From NCBI GenBank assembly GCA_020184695.1, contig JAANOX010000265.1, positions 62,001 through 126,000 on the forward strand: DNA of 64,000 nucleotides, written 5' to 3'. The translations under genes were made by a program, and so were the position numbers. The notes under the pieces are model-generated. The model worked only from the letters and a program-made list of their open reading frames with translations, was not told the DNA's origin and made no database searches. Below are positions 22,896-34,500 of this stretch, piece after piece (the stretch's first letter is position 1; every line of letters begins with the position of its first letter). Source of the DNA: Histomonas meleagridis 2922-C6/04-290x. Lineage: Eukaryota > Protista > Parabasalia.

Positions 22896-23043
22896 TTGAC
22901 TTCACGTTCACTCCGTAACGTTTTGTTACGGTTTTGTGATTATAAATGTTGAAAACAATCTTTGATAGGAAGTGACTTATCACATTTTTTGTAATAAATT
23001 ACTAAAAATCTATACAAAATTTTTCTTTTCTTTTATTTATTTT

Positions 23044-25052
23044 TTAATCACATTTCATTTCAGAAACATGTGTAGTCCATCGTATCATTTTGGTACGTGA
23101 AATTATTAAAACAAATATTAAATAAAACATATGTATATCTTTTTCATTTATATCAATTCCTTTTTGTTTACGAAGTAAGTTAGCAATTTCAGTATAACCT
23201 TTATTTGATGCTTTGATAAATGCTGTTTCAAATAATTTAAATAATTTCCAAATATTATTTTGAAAAATCAAATTATCAACACTAATTTTAATTAAAGCAA
23301 ATATATATTTTTAGCATTAATATCAATTCCTTCTTGTTCAAGAAGTAATTTAACTATTTCTGTATGACCATTGTAAGATGCTTTAATAAGTGCTGTTTCA
23401 AATATTTAAAATAATTTCCAAATATTATTTTGGAATCCAAAATAATTAAAATAAATTTCAAATAAAACAAATAAATGTTTTTAGGATTAATATCAATTCC
23501 TTCATGTTCAAGAAGTAATTTAACTATTTCTGTTTTACAATTTGAAGATGCCAAAATAAGTGCTGATTCAAATAATTTCCAAATATTATTTTGAAATAGA
23601 AAAATATTCAAATAAATTCCAAATAAAATAAGTAAATGTCTTTAGCATTAATGTTCCTTTTTGTTCGAGAAATAATTGAACTATTTCTGTATAACCTTTT
23701 TCAGATGCTTTCATAAGTGCTGTTTGAAATAATTTGAATAATTTCCAAATATTATTTGAAAATATTAAAATATTGAAATAAATATTAAATAAAACAAATA
23801 AATATCCTTAGCATTAATATCAATTCCATCTAGTTCAAGAAGTAATTTAACTGCTTCTTTTTGACCATTTTTAGATTCTAACATTAGTAACGTTTCATAT
23901 ATTTTAAATAATTTCCAAATATTATTTTGAAATATCAAATTAATAATAAAAATATAAAATAAACAAAAGTAATATTTTTAGTGTTAATACATTCTTCTTT
24001 CTTTAAAAGGAGCTTAACTATTTTGATATGTTACTTAAAATGCTGAATTCAATATATAAATTAAATTCCAAATAATACTTTCAAATAAAAAATTATTATA
24101 ATAAAATTTGAAAACTATAAACAAATATCTTTAGTTATAATTTTAATTCCTTCTTGTTCTAAAAGAATTTGTACAATTTTTACATAACCTTTTGAAGATG
24201 CTATTATTAATGGTGTTCTAAATTTTTTAAATAATTTCTAAATATTATTATAATATCTCAAAATATTAAAACAAATTTGCAAACATCATAATAAAAATTA
24301 TCTTTAGCATTAATGTCAAATCCTTTTTGTTGTAATATAAATTGTACAAGTTCAATATTTCAGGATTCTACTGCATATAATAAAATTTTTTTAGGAATTT
24401 GATAATTTTGAAGAAAATATTTCACAAGATATAAATTACCAATTCGTGCTAATACATTAATTATATATTCATCAAATTGGATTTCTTCTTCTAAGAAAGA
24501 AAAAATTTCATAATTTCCATTGTTAATACAATGATACATTAATTCTTGTAATTTTACTTCAAATATAGGTTGTGTATCATTTATATAATATCCAAATTTT
24601 TTAAATGAAATTTGTATTTTATTTGCATATGCTGTTGTTTGTTGATTTTTATCAATTTTTTCAATTTTCTTTTCATAAAGATATTTAAAAATATCATTTC
24701 GATGAAATTTTATTGCTGCTTCATATGCATTTTCGAATGATGAATGATTTTGTTCACATAAATGAATAATTTCTTCATTTCCACCTGCAACTGCATATTT
24801 ACCTGTGTTTTCTAATTTTGCATTGTTCATAAGTAAATATTTAAAACATTTAACTGAAGAAAAAAATGCTGCATAATCAATTAATGTAACATTGCCATGA
24901 TTAATGAATGAACATCTTTCATAAAGTGATGGTTCAATTTTTTGATTAAAATCAAAGGCATTTTGTGATGATATTTCTTGAAGTTTTTCGACTTCATCAT
25001 TTCGAATTATTTTTGCGCTGTATAATATAATGAAGAATTTCATATATACCAT
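23044..25052 (-). pseudogene. 5'-truncated DUF3447-ankyrin gene with 8 spacer-interrupted loops
   Basis: DUF3447 motif present. Lesions: in-frame TGA at 24360-24362, a deleted and stopped block at 23974-24046, and a 4-nt deletion near 23655. Loops at 24217-24299, 24047-24126, 23894-23973, 23724-23803, 23567-23637, 23397-23476, 23227-23306 and 23077-23136. Confidence 0.8.
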
Positions 25053-25353
25053 ATAATAGTTCTTTAAATGAGGATATGGGGAAATTTTTTTAAAGCACTA
25101 TGTATAATGAGATAAACTCGAAGTAAAAAATTCCCGCGCAATAAACTTCAGAAAATTGAGAACCCCTTAACGTACAGGAATTTTACAATCGGACGCGACC
25201 CTTAACGGTTAAACATGTTTCGGGTGAATTTCTTGTTACTTTTCAATAAAGTAGTTTATTATTGTCACTTTTCGGCGTCCGTTTTGTTGATGGGCAGAAA
25301 TACGCGACTTGAATTGAATAAAGCACCCAAAACCTCATTTCTTTTTTGAGCAG

Positions 25354-25989
25354 ATGGAAACCAAATCAGAACCAAGCGAAACCAAACTCAGAGTTGTCTT
25401 AATTGGTGACAAGAGCGTTGGAAAAACATCTCTTGTAAATAGATATTTTGGTGGCAGCTTCGAAGACAAACCTTTACCAACTATATGCGTAAATTATTTT
25501 AATCATGAACATCAATACAATGGAAAGACTTTTAATATCCTAGTATGCGATACTGCAGGAGAAGAAGAATATAATAGTATTTCAAAACTTTTTTATCGCG
25601 AAGCTATAGCAGCCATTTGCGTTTTTAACATATGCTCGAAAAGTTCTTTTGAAAGTATTGAAATTTGGGAAAAGGAGTTTCGAACAAATGTATCCACAGA
25701 TTTTCAAAAATACGCATTTGTGTATATCGTTGCAAACCAAATAGATGCTGTTAAAGATTCACCTTCTCATGTTGAAGAATCCAAAGCTAATAAACTTAAA
25801 AATGATCTGAGGGCAGAAAAAATATTTTTTACTTCTGCCAAAGTTGGTACCAATGTTAACGAAATGTTTGAGTCTTTATTTGAAGATGCTTGCAAGAAGG
25901 CAATTCTCAAAAATGAAACCTGTGAATCAAGTTCTCCTTCACCCGCACCAACCCTTTCAAACTCATCAAAAAGCTCTTGCTGCAAGTAA
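25354..25989 (+). CDS. Rab-family small GTPase
   Basis: GDKSVGKTS, DTAGEE, NQID, TSAKVG and C-terminal SCCK. Confidence 0.9.
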   Translation: METKSEPSETKLRVVLIGDKSVGKTSLVNRYFGGSFEDKPLPTICVNYFNHEHQYNGKTFNILVCDTAGEEEYNSISKLFYREAIAAICVFNICSKSSFESIEIWEKEFRTNVSTDFQKYAFVYIVANQIDAVKDSPSHVEESKANKLKNDLRAEKIFFTSAKVGTNVNEMFESLFEDACKKAILKNETCESSSPSPAPTLSNSSKSSCCK

Positions 25990-26318
25990 AAATTGGCTAA
26001 GTCTGGGTAACTTCGAATATAATAAACTTTAAAATCGAAATTGAGAAAATATACTACTTATGCTTTCTAGTAAATAAATTTACTAATGATATTTAACCCC
26101 AGATTTTCTGTGCTTATTCTTTTTATAATAACAATAAAGATGATTTTTACAATAAAGATTTAATTATGAATGATTATTAAATATTTAATAGCAAGCACAA
26201 AGATATAGAATGTTAAACATAGATGTCTTTCGAAGAAATCTTTCAATATTTACATGAATTGCTAAAAAAAAATTTGGAAAAAAAAAAACGAAATTAATGG
26301 TGCACCCCAAAAGAACAT

Positions 26319-28529
26319 ATGGAAACAGAAACAAATGCAAGTGCAAATGAATTCAAAACGTTAAAGTGCGAATATTCATTTGATGCTGCAAAACTAAAAG
26401 ATCAATTTATTGAAACTAACAGTCAAGCATTTGTGAATTATATCTCATATTCCAAATTTCTTTCATTAATCCGCTTTAGAAATTATTGTTTTAAAGACCC
26501 TGATTTACCGGATGTTTTTGTTACATATGATGATTCCAATCCCACCTCAATGGAAAAAAACATAATAAATGTTTTGCAAAATATTAAACCATATCAATCA
26601 AACCAAAGCCTCTCTGATATAATAGTGTCTGCATATCCTGATTCGCAGTCAGCCATTCAATATTTTGTATATTCCACTTTTCCTTCCATATATGGTTTTT
26701 TTTGTTGTGACGAATATTCCGAACAAGCATTAAATTTCCTTTTACTACATTTTGATGATTCTCTCTTACCAAAACTTATTGGGACTTTTTTAATGCATTC
26801 CTTTATTTTCCAAGATCGATTTATTCATTTATTTTTTCATAGTCTTTCACCCAAACAAATTGACTTTGATGAAGATTATATCAGTGATTTATTTATTTAC
26901 ACATTACGTAGGTGTATTTCCTGCTTTTCACGTCAACAAATACAAATCGTTAAAAAACTTATAGACACTGATAAAGAAAAAGCTAAAGAAGCTATTTTCG
27001 ATGAATTTTTAATTCCATTTATCAGTTTATGGGATATTCATCCACTTTATGCATCCACTAACATTATAATTCGTATTTCACCACCTGAAACACCAAATGA
27101 TTTTATCTCAGTGAAAATTAGCAACAAATTAATCTCATTGTTAAATAATATGTTATCTAAGGATCTATGTGAAGAAGTATTTGGTGCATTTTATACACGA
27201 ATCTATACAATTCTCCCTGAGATACAACAAATTATATTTTATGGCGGATTAGATTTCCAATTTTCTAATGCTGATATTATCATATCCACAAAATTATATC
27301 AATCGATTCGTAAAAAAATCGATACAAACACAAATGGAAATAAATTTTTTAATGATGCGTTTCATATGAAAACATTTAATATCGCTGTAATACCTAAAAT
27401 TAGACCACCAGATCCTAATGAACCAACGAAAGAAATCACAATAAATAAATTACAAGACAATAAAACGTCGCGTGAATTTTTACTTAATCATTCACATGGA
27501 TTAAGAGAAATACAAACTATGGTCGAATCACTTAAACATATTATGCGTTTGTTCATTGATCATTATGCTATGTATCAAATGGCTTATCGAGAAGATAATT
27601 ATCCAATAACATTCATTAAAACTCAAATCGAAAACCTTTCGCTTAATATGTTAAACATTTTTGTTAGAACTTCAAAGAATTTATTGGAATACGTGGAAAA
27701 ACAAACAAATTCAGAGTTCCCAAATAATCAACTTTCTTCTATCCGTTTTGTTATCGATGGATATTTACAAGAGAATATGCCTTTACATGAAATCGTTGTT
27801 AATTCGGCAATCACTTTACAAAATAAATGGGCAAATATGTATAATGATGATGTAAATAATAAAACTCGTATAAACCTTTCCATTATAAAAGATAATTCTT
27901 TTATGAATAAAATGGAATTCTATTTCAATAACTTTAATGATATAACATTATCATTGATTTTTGCAGTATTATCTAAAACACCTTTGCATTTTAAAGGTAT
28001 CGCTGAAAATAATAGAAGTTATTTCTTATCAAGTTTAATAGACGCTTGTTCAATCGTAACCCCTTATTCCTTAAAGAAAGATAGTATAGATGCTAATGAC
28101 CCGATAATATCAATAAGAATTCCGATGTTAAAAGATATCGCAAGAATCCTAAAAAGAGCTGAAAAAGGTTTCAAAGCTTTATTCGAAAATAACGCTGAAA
28201 TGTTCTTCATCGGTGAAAAAATCCGTTTATTTTTGGAAATTGAAAGAAGGCTTGAGCCGGAATTCAAAAGTTTACCGAAGAACGATAGGAACTTGGATCA
28301 TTACCAAAAAATTATTTCTCCTTTGTTTAATTATAAGGAACCTTTGTACTTTAGAGCGTCGTTGATACAAGCGTTGGTGGTGATTAGAGAATTATATACG
28401 GATAATTACAAAAAAATACCAAACTTGAATTCAATAAGAAATCCAATTTCTCCAGAAATATTCGAAAAATTCGAAAACATGAGAAAATGGTTCGGTATAT
28501 CAGATAGATTTTATAGAGAATTCGCATGA
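26319..28529 (+). CDS. Hypothetical protein (736 aa)
   Basis: Long ORF with FVYSTFPSIYGFF, a motif type recurring in trichomonad hypotheticals; no confident domain. Confidence 0.75.
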   Translation: METETNASANEFKTLKCEYSFDAAKLKDQFIETNSQAFVNYISYSKFLSLIRFRNYCFKDPDLPDVFVTYDDSNPTSMEKNIINVLQNIKPYQSNQSLSDIIVSAYPDSQSAIQYFVYSTFPSIYGFFCCDEYSEQALNFLLLHFDDSLLPKLIGTFLMHSFIFQDRFIHLFFHSLSPKQIDFDEDYISDLFIYTLRRCISCFSRQQIQIVKKLIDTDKEKAKEAIFDEFLIPFISLWDIHPLYASTNIIIRISPPETPNDFISVKISNKLISLLNNMLSKDLCEEVFGAFYTRIYTILPEIQQIIFYGGLDFQFSNADIIISTKLYQSIRKKIDTNTNGNKFFNDAFHMKTFNIAVIPKIRPPDPNEPTKEITINKLQDNKTSREFLLNHSHGLREIQTMVESLKHIMRLFIDHYAMYQMAYREDNYPITFIKTQIENLSLNMLNIFVRTSKNLLEYVEKQTNSEFPNNQLSSIRFVIDGYLQENMPLHEIVVNSAITLQNKWANMYNDDVNNKTRINLSIIKDNSFMNKMEFYFNNFNDITLSLIFAVLSKTPLHFKGIAENNRSYFLSSLIDACSIVTPYSLKKDSIDANDPIISIRIPMLKDIARILKRAEKGFKALFENNAEMFFIGEKIRLFLEIERRLEPEFKSLPKNDRNLDHYQKIISPLFNYKEPLYFRASLIQALVVIRELYTDNYKKIPNLNSIRNPISPEIFEKFENMRKWFGISDRFYREFA

Positions 28530-28997
28530 ATTTTTTTCTTTATTTAGTAAAAATTTATGTATTGCTTTCTGATAAAAAATAATTTAAAGAAATATTTGAA
28601 AAGTACGTGTAAAAAATGAAGAACAATAGGAAAATATTTTTTCCATACAGAAGCGAATTGGTCAATTAAAAATGGGGTACCCTAACGATAGCTGCTACAG
28701 TTCATCAGCTAAAGTTTGAAATTAGTATTTATAATAGAATTGTTTCATCATTAGCACAATTTAGAATAATGGTTTCAAAAGCATATCATTATACTGATTG
28801 TCTTACATAATTTTATTTTTCGATCAATTATGAGATTTTATCATTTCATTAAAAATCATTTTTTAATTAAATCAATTGAAAGGAATTTGCTGAGATGCAA
28901 TGTAATTTGTAAAATATCTCTATGGTATAAGAAATGCTGTTTGTTTTGATAAAAATAATTTTCAAAATTTATTTGGCCGCAATAATGAACACTCTGA

Positions 28998-30179
28998 ATG
29001 AATGTTATTGTTCTTTGGGGTTCAAAAAAAATGAATATAAAATGTGACACTAATAAACCAATTTTAGAATTCATGAAGGAGCTAAAAGATCAAACTGGAG
29101 TTCCAATTTCCAACCAAAAGCTAATGATTCGCAGAAAGCAAATACATCAAAATGATGATTGGAGCAACTTCGATATCAAAGAGAACGAACGCATTATGCT
29201 TCTTGGGACAGCAGAAAAATCACCAGAAATCAAATTTATACCTGAAGATACATATGAAACCAAAGAAGAAGAAACTACAGAACAAATAAACAGAAGCGTT
29301 ATGATTGGTCTCAAAAACTATGGTAATACATGTTATTTAAATTCAGTTCTTCAAGTATTTAGACTTCTTCCAGATGTAACTGATATTCTAAAATCATTAC
29401 AACCGGATGTAAAATCCAACAAAATATTATTCTATCTCTGCAAATTCATTACAGATTTTCCTAACCACCTTGACAAGCTTGTAAGTTCCATCCGCGAATC
29501 AAATCCATTATTCAATCAAAAAGATCCCACCACTGGGAGCTACATCCAACAAGATGCCGCCGAGTGTTGGTCGTTTCTTACTTCCCATCTTCCTGCCGAA
29601 GTTAATGAACTTTTTCAAATCCAATTTCAAACCATCTCCAAAATAGCCGACAATGATGAGATGGACATTTCCACTGAAGTTGATGACAGACTCAAGTGTT
29701 ATATTGATTCTGATACTCGACAACTTGAGCAAGGCATCACATTTGATTCCGAGATTGAAGTTGGCGAATCATTAATTACTAACCACAAAGAGATCATAAA
29801 ACTCCCGAAGTACCTAACAATCCAACTAATGCGTTTCTGCTTCAAAAGCGAAGAATCGATTGTCGCCAAAAAAGTTCGAAATGTTGAACATCCATTGAGA
29901 CTTGATACAATACGATGGTTGTCACAGCCATTACGTAGCGAAATTGTCGAGAAAAGAGAAACGGGCGAGGACGTCAACGCCGGCTGCTATAACTTGAAGG
30001 CAATTATTACGCACAAAGGAAGATCAGCGAACTCTGGACATTACATTGCGCATGTTAAAGTTAATGACCAATGGATATGTTTCGATGACGAAAAAGTAAG
30101 CGTTGTAGACGAGAATAAAATTTTGATGTTGAATGGCGGGGCTGATTGGCACTGCTCTTATTTGTTGGTATATGAATAA
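28998..30179 (+). CDS. Ubiquitin C-terminal hydrolase USP14/Ubp6-like (UBL + USP)
   Basis: N-terminal UBL (ELKDQTGVPISNQKLM), Cys box GLKNYGNTCYLNS, QQDAAE, and His box HKGRSANSGHY...WICFDD. Confidence 0.9.
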   Translation: MNVIVLWGSKKMNIKCDTNKPILEFMKELKDQTGVPISNQKLMIRRKQIHQNDDWSNFDIKENERIMLLGTAEKSPEIKFIPEDTYETKEEETTEQINRSVMIGLKNYGNTCYLNSVLQVFRLLPDVTDILKSLQPDVKSNKILFYLCKFITDFPNHLDKLVSSIRESNPLFNQKDPTTGSYIQQDAAECWSFLTSHLPAEVNELFQIQFQTISKIADNDEMDISTEVDDRLKCYIDSDTRQLEQGITFDSEIEVGESLITNHKEIIKLPKYLTIQLMRFCFKSEESIVAKKVRNVEHPLRLDTIRWLSQPLRSEIVEKRETGEDVNAGCYNLKAIITHKGRSANSGHYIAHVKVNDQWICFDDEKVSVVDENKILMLNGGADWHCSYLLVYE

Positions 30180-30582
30180 AATCTAATAAATTTTATAATA
30201 AAATCAAAATTCATAATAACATGACATAGTTTATAAAATTAAACCCATTCATAAAAAGATAAAATGATTTGTCATTAAAAAAAATCTGCAGTTAGGACTT
30301 TAATAAAATTCGATATAATAAAATGAAAATTTTTATAACAAAAAAAAAATATTTTATAATGGGAACTTCAAAATACATATTATAAAATAATACTGAAGAA
30401 AAAATATGTCAAATTGCTGGTTAATCAACAATGTTTTTTATGTGCCTAACGTTGAATTCTATTTTTTAAATCAGACAAAGAAAATCATTTAATGGGATAA
30501 CAAATGCAAAAAAATTTAAATTAAAATTTTTATCAGTATTTATCAAATAAATATTTGTATTGATGATGGAAAAATTTCAATT

Positions 30583-31842
30583 TTAAGTATAAAATGGTTC
30601 TCTTTCTTCAGATGGTATTTCTTCCATTTCATTATCAGAGAACTTCTCATTAATTTTCTTATCTCTTCTATTCAGCATATTATCGATTGGAGCAGTCTGT
30701 TCATTATCAGGTATTAATTCCTGATCTAAACCTTGTTCACTTACGTCTATTTCATAATTGAAACAAGGCAATTTCGGATATCCATGATGTTGAATAATAC
30801 CAAATGTTAACATTAAAAACCCAAACAATTGTAAATATGATCCAGTTAACCATTGCTCGCCAATTCCTTTATATTCACTTAAATTATCCGAACTTGAAAA
30901 CCAATAAAAAAGTATAATTTGAAGTATCCATATTAAAAATGTACGGAATGATTCAGCAAGTGTTCGAATAATTGCTGACGTTTTAGCTATAAGAATAATG
31001 GAATTAATATTATACACAAGACCAATGACAATCAATACAACACTTAAGATAATAATCATTGGCGAGTTCTTAAACATTGTAATTGTATCAATGAAATCTT
31101 CATGTGTACCATTGCCATCTTTACCGGGAATAAAATGAACAGCAATAACAGATATAATGCAAAAGATTGTGGACCATATGCCTTCTATGCCTGTGACAAG
31201 TAGTTCGTGATGATTTTGTTGTTGTGTAAGAAATTCTTCAAATGAGATCTTGACGGCATAAAGAAGTTGGGAAATAAGTTTAATGAAAATAATGAGAAGA
31301 TCACCGCCTTGGTCAACGTGAATTGATTGTGATTGACCTGAATTGATAATACTTGATGCTCCAACAATTATAAGCGATATCGATATAATACCTGTTGCAA
31401 ACCATTGGTGCCCCATAATAGGCTGCTTAAAATAAAATCGAGCAATTAGAGTAACTCCAATTAGAGTAGCACTTTTCATCATGCAATCAATGGAAACACC
31501 AACAAATGCAACTGTTATCGTTGAAACAATACCTTGAAATACATCGGCAAATGAAGGAATTGAATATATGCAAAATTGCCTAAATGTCAATTCTTTGAAA
31601 ATACTTGGGAATTTTTCGCTATTAAAGCAAGTACCAAAACAGTAAATAGCCGTAGCTAAAGACATACCAAAGAAACCTAGAAATGTAACAAAATATGGTT
31701 TTTGAAATTTATGTTCTCCATATTGTTCAGTTCCTGGGGATGTTACTTCTAGTATGAGTTTTGTAAGGAGTGAGTTTAAAATTCCTCCTATAAGGAATAA
31801 TATTAGAGGCAGGATGGCTTGAGCGATCTTGAGCTTTGCCAT
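30583..31842 (-). CDS. DMT-superfamily (SLC35F-like) multi-pass transporter
   Basis: About 10 TM segments; HKFQKPYFVTFLGFFGMSL, IPSFAD, EEFL and GIEG motifs. Confidence 0.8.
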   Translation of the reverse strand: MAKLKIAQAILPLILFLIGGILNSLLTKLILEVTSPGTEQYGEHKFQKPYFVTFLGFFGMSLATAIYCFGTCFNSEKFPSIFKELTFRQFCIYSIPSFADVFQGIVSTITVAFVGVSIDCMMKSATLIGVTLIARFYFKQPIMGHQWFATGIISISLIIVGASSIINSGQSQSIHVDQGGDLLIIFIKLISQLLYAVKISFEEFLTQQQNHHELLVTGIEGIWSTIFCIISVIAVHFIPGKDGNGTHEDFIDTITMFKNSPMIIILSVVLIVIGLVYNINSIILIAKTSAIIRTLAESFRTFLIWILQIILFYWFSSSDNLSEYKGIGEQWLTGSYLQLFGFLMLTFGIIQHHGYPKLPCFNYEIDVSEQGLDQELIPDNEQTAPIDNMLNRRDKKINEKFSDNEMEEIPSEEREPFYT

Positions 31843-32168
31843 CAGAATAATTTAAAACAAACCAAAAAAATCGACAGCTTTTTGAGATCAAATTTCAATT
31901 ACGATAAACTTTTTGTGATGGAGTTAATTCTCGTTTTTTCGTTCGGTGACGGTTATACCCAGAAATTTTTTTTGTTTTATGAGGAAAAGGCGGTTATGGA
32001 ACAGAAACCGTTGTTATACAATGTTCCACAAAATTGTTTTATCGTTCTGGAGCAATTTACATCTTTAATTTTTCATTAGAAAAATGTGGAAATATAACCA
32101 GTGGCAAAAACAATATTCTAAACAATTTTATTAAACAATTTTTTTTTGAAAAAGAATCTTTTTTTTTC

Positions 32169-34359
32169 TTATGCATGTTCATTGATTCTAGGAGATCTCA
32201 ATAAAAAATTAATGAACCATTTATCTATAAAATTGATTCCTTTTTGATCAGAAAGTAAACGAACAATATCTGTGTGATTATTTTTACGTGCCCAAACAAT
32301 TGCTGATTGCTAAAAATAAAATCAATTCCATATAAAAATTAATTAAATAAACTTTAAATAATGGAATTAAATATCTCTGGCATTTAGATCGATTCCTTCT
32401 TTTTCAAGAAGCATTTTAACAATTTCTATATGTCCTTTTGCTGATGAGATTATAAGTGGTGTTTCAAATATTTTAAAAATATTCCAAAAATAAAATGTAA
32501 ACATCAAATTCATAAAATAAATTTGAGAAAAAATGAACTAACATTTCCTTCATTTACATCAATGTTTTCTTGTTCAAGTAATAAATGAACAATTTCTACA
32601 CATGAATTTTCACATGCTGTCATTAATACTGTCCAAAATTATTAAAATAAATTCCAAATTTATTTAGTAAACCCAAAATAACAAAAATAAAAATTATATA
32701 AAACAAAGTTATATCTTTTATATTAATATCAATTCCTTCTTTATTAATAAGTAGTTTTATTATCTCAATGTTTTCATTTAAACAAGCAATTTTAAGTGCT
32801 GTATAAAAAATATTAAATATATTCCAAATATAAACAAAAAATGTTAAAAATATTTTTGAAAATTTGTAAAAATTTATGAAACATTTTTAGCATTTACATC
32901 AATTCCTTCTTTTTCGAGAAGAATTTTAACTATATCAATGTTTTTATTTTGACAAGCACGCATTAAAGGTGTAAAAAACAAATTAAATTAACTCCAATTA
33001 TTAAAATGAAATTTTAATAAATTTAAACAAACTTGAAACGTAATACAAAAACATTTTTAATATTAACATCAATTTCTTTTTGTTCAAGAAACATTTTAAT
33101 AATATCAATTTGATTATTATCAGTTGCAATAATTAATGGAGCATCGAAACATATAAATAAATTCCAAATACAAACAAAAAATATTAAAAAAACAGAAAAA
33201 AGTTCGAATAATATAAATAAACATCAACTTCATTAATTTTTATATTATCAAGCCCAAGAATTAATTTAATCAATTCTAAATTATATGATTTAGCACAATA
33301 TGCAATAATATTTTTTGGTATTTGATATTTTTCAATGAAATCTTTTATAAGAAACAAATTACCCATTCTTGCTGCTTCATTTATTATAGAATCATTTATT
33401 TCCATTCCTTCACTCATTAAAAATGAAAATATTTCATAATTAGAAAATTCTACACATTTCATTCCTAAATTCGACAAATTGTTAATTTTATTTTTATCTT
33501 CATCATACAGATAATAAAACATATCATTTCTATGGAACATAATTGCAGTTTCAAATGTTTTCCTAAAAATCGAAAAATTTTGTTGACATAAATGTACAAT
33601 TTCAGGGTTTCCTCCTGCAATTGCAAATTTTCCCGTATGATATGGTCTTGCGCCATTAACCAATAAAAATTTGAAACATTTAATCGAACCAAAAAATGCT
33701 GAATAATCGAGAATTGAAACTGATTTCTTGTTAATAAAAGAACATCTTTCATATAATGATGGTTCTATTACTTGATTAAAATCAAAATTTGGTTCTGCTG
33801 ATAATTCTTGAAGTTTTTCAACATTATCAGCACGAATAACTTTTGTTATTTCTAATGGATTAATTCCTTCATGTACAAACTGCTTATGAAGTTTCCAATC
33901 ATCTTTTTCAAGCTCTTCAATCTTGGAAAAAAAATGTCGATTAAAAGGATCAGGAAATCTTGTGTTTTTTCCTCCTTTAGAGTTATAATGAAAAAAGTAT
34001 AATGTTTTCCGATCTTTAACAAATTCTGGCGAAATTAAATTTTGTTCTATCATTCTCTCAAGTAAAAAATTCGATTCTTGTGAAAGCATTTGTGAAAGAA
34101 AATTAGAAAAGAATGTTATAATATTATCAGCTTCGGATTTCTCGAGTTCTTTAATTCGTGCTAAGAAATGGAAACATGGAATAGAATCTTCAATATTTAT
34201 TAGCCTTTTGAGGTATTCAACTTTTTCATGTGTTGGATCATCTTTTTGCTCTAAGTTCAACATGAATAAAAATGTCACTTTTAAACCACACATTAAAAAA
34301 TATAAATATACGCTTATTATGCATGTTTTGAGATACAAAAGCCTTATTTTCCGCTTCAA
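32169..34359 (-). CDS. Apparently intact DUF3447-ankyrin gene with 23 non-canonical 17-nt spacers; predicted 599 aa after removal
   Basis: 2191 nt minus 23x17 nt gives 1800 nt, with no stop until TAA 32169-32171. Five exact 30-codon ankyrin blocks lie between six loops at a 170-nt period. The real start may be a downstream ATG. Confidence 0.8.
32307..33222 (-). other. Six micro-exon loops (33143-33222, 32973-33052, 32803-32882, 32633-32712, 32463-32542, 32307-32372): [17 nt]-codon repeated
   Basis: Decoded loops: VD-ENGD-APL, KN-QKGF-TPL, KN-KNGY-TAL, KD-NWGW-TVL, GN-QDGE-TPL and RD-KLYGQ-SAI. Confidence 0.8.
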
Positions 34360-34500
34360 TTTTTTGGTGTTAAAAAGGCCACATTCAAATTCTTATTAAT
34401 GAAAATTATAAATATGTTATTTACCAGTTTGTAAATAACAAAGTACCAAAAAAGAATTTTTAAAAAAGTGTTCATGAGTGACATGTGATATGAAAAGTAA

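Noticed and set aside
23416-23435. Stem-loop TTCCAAA-ATAATA-TTTGGAA within the loop as a processing signal
   Set aside because: It is perfect in one loop, imperfect in close paralogues and absent from the intact 32169 gene, so it is not a conserved requirement.
23974-24046. Ankyrin block shortened by exactly 17 nt
   Set aside because: Alignment to the consensus shows two separate deletions of about 14 and 3 nt in a pseudogene, so the total of 17 is probably coincidental.
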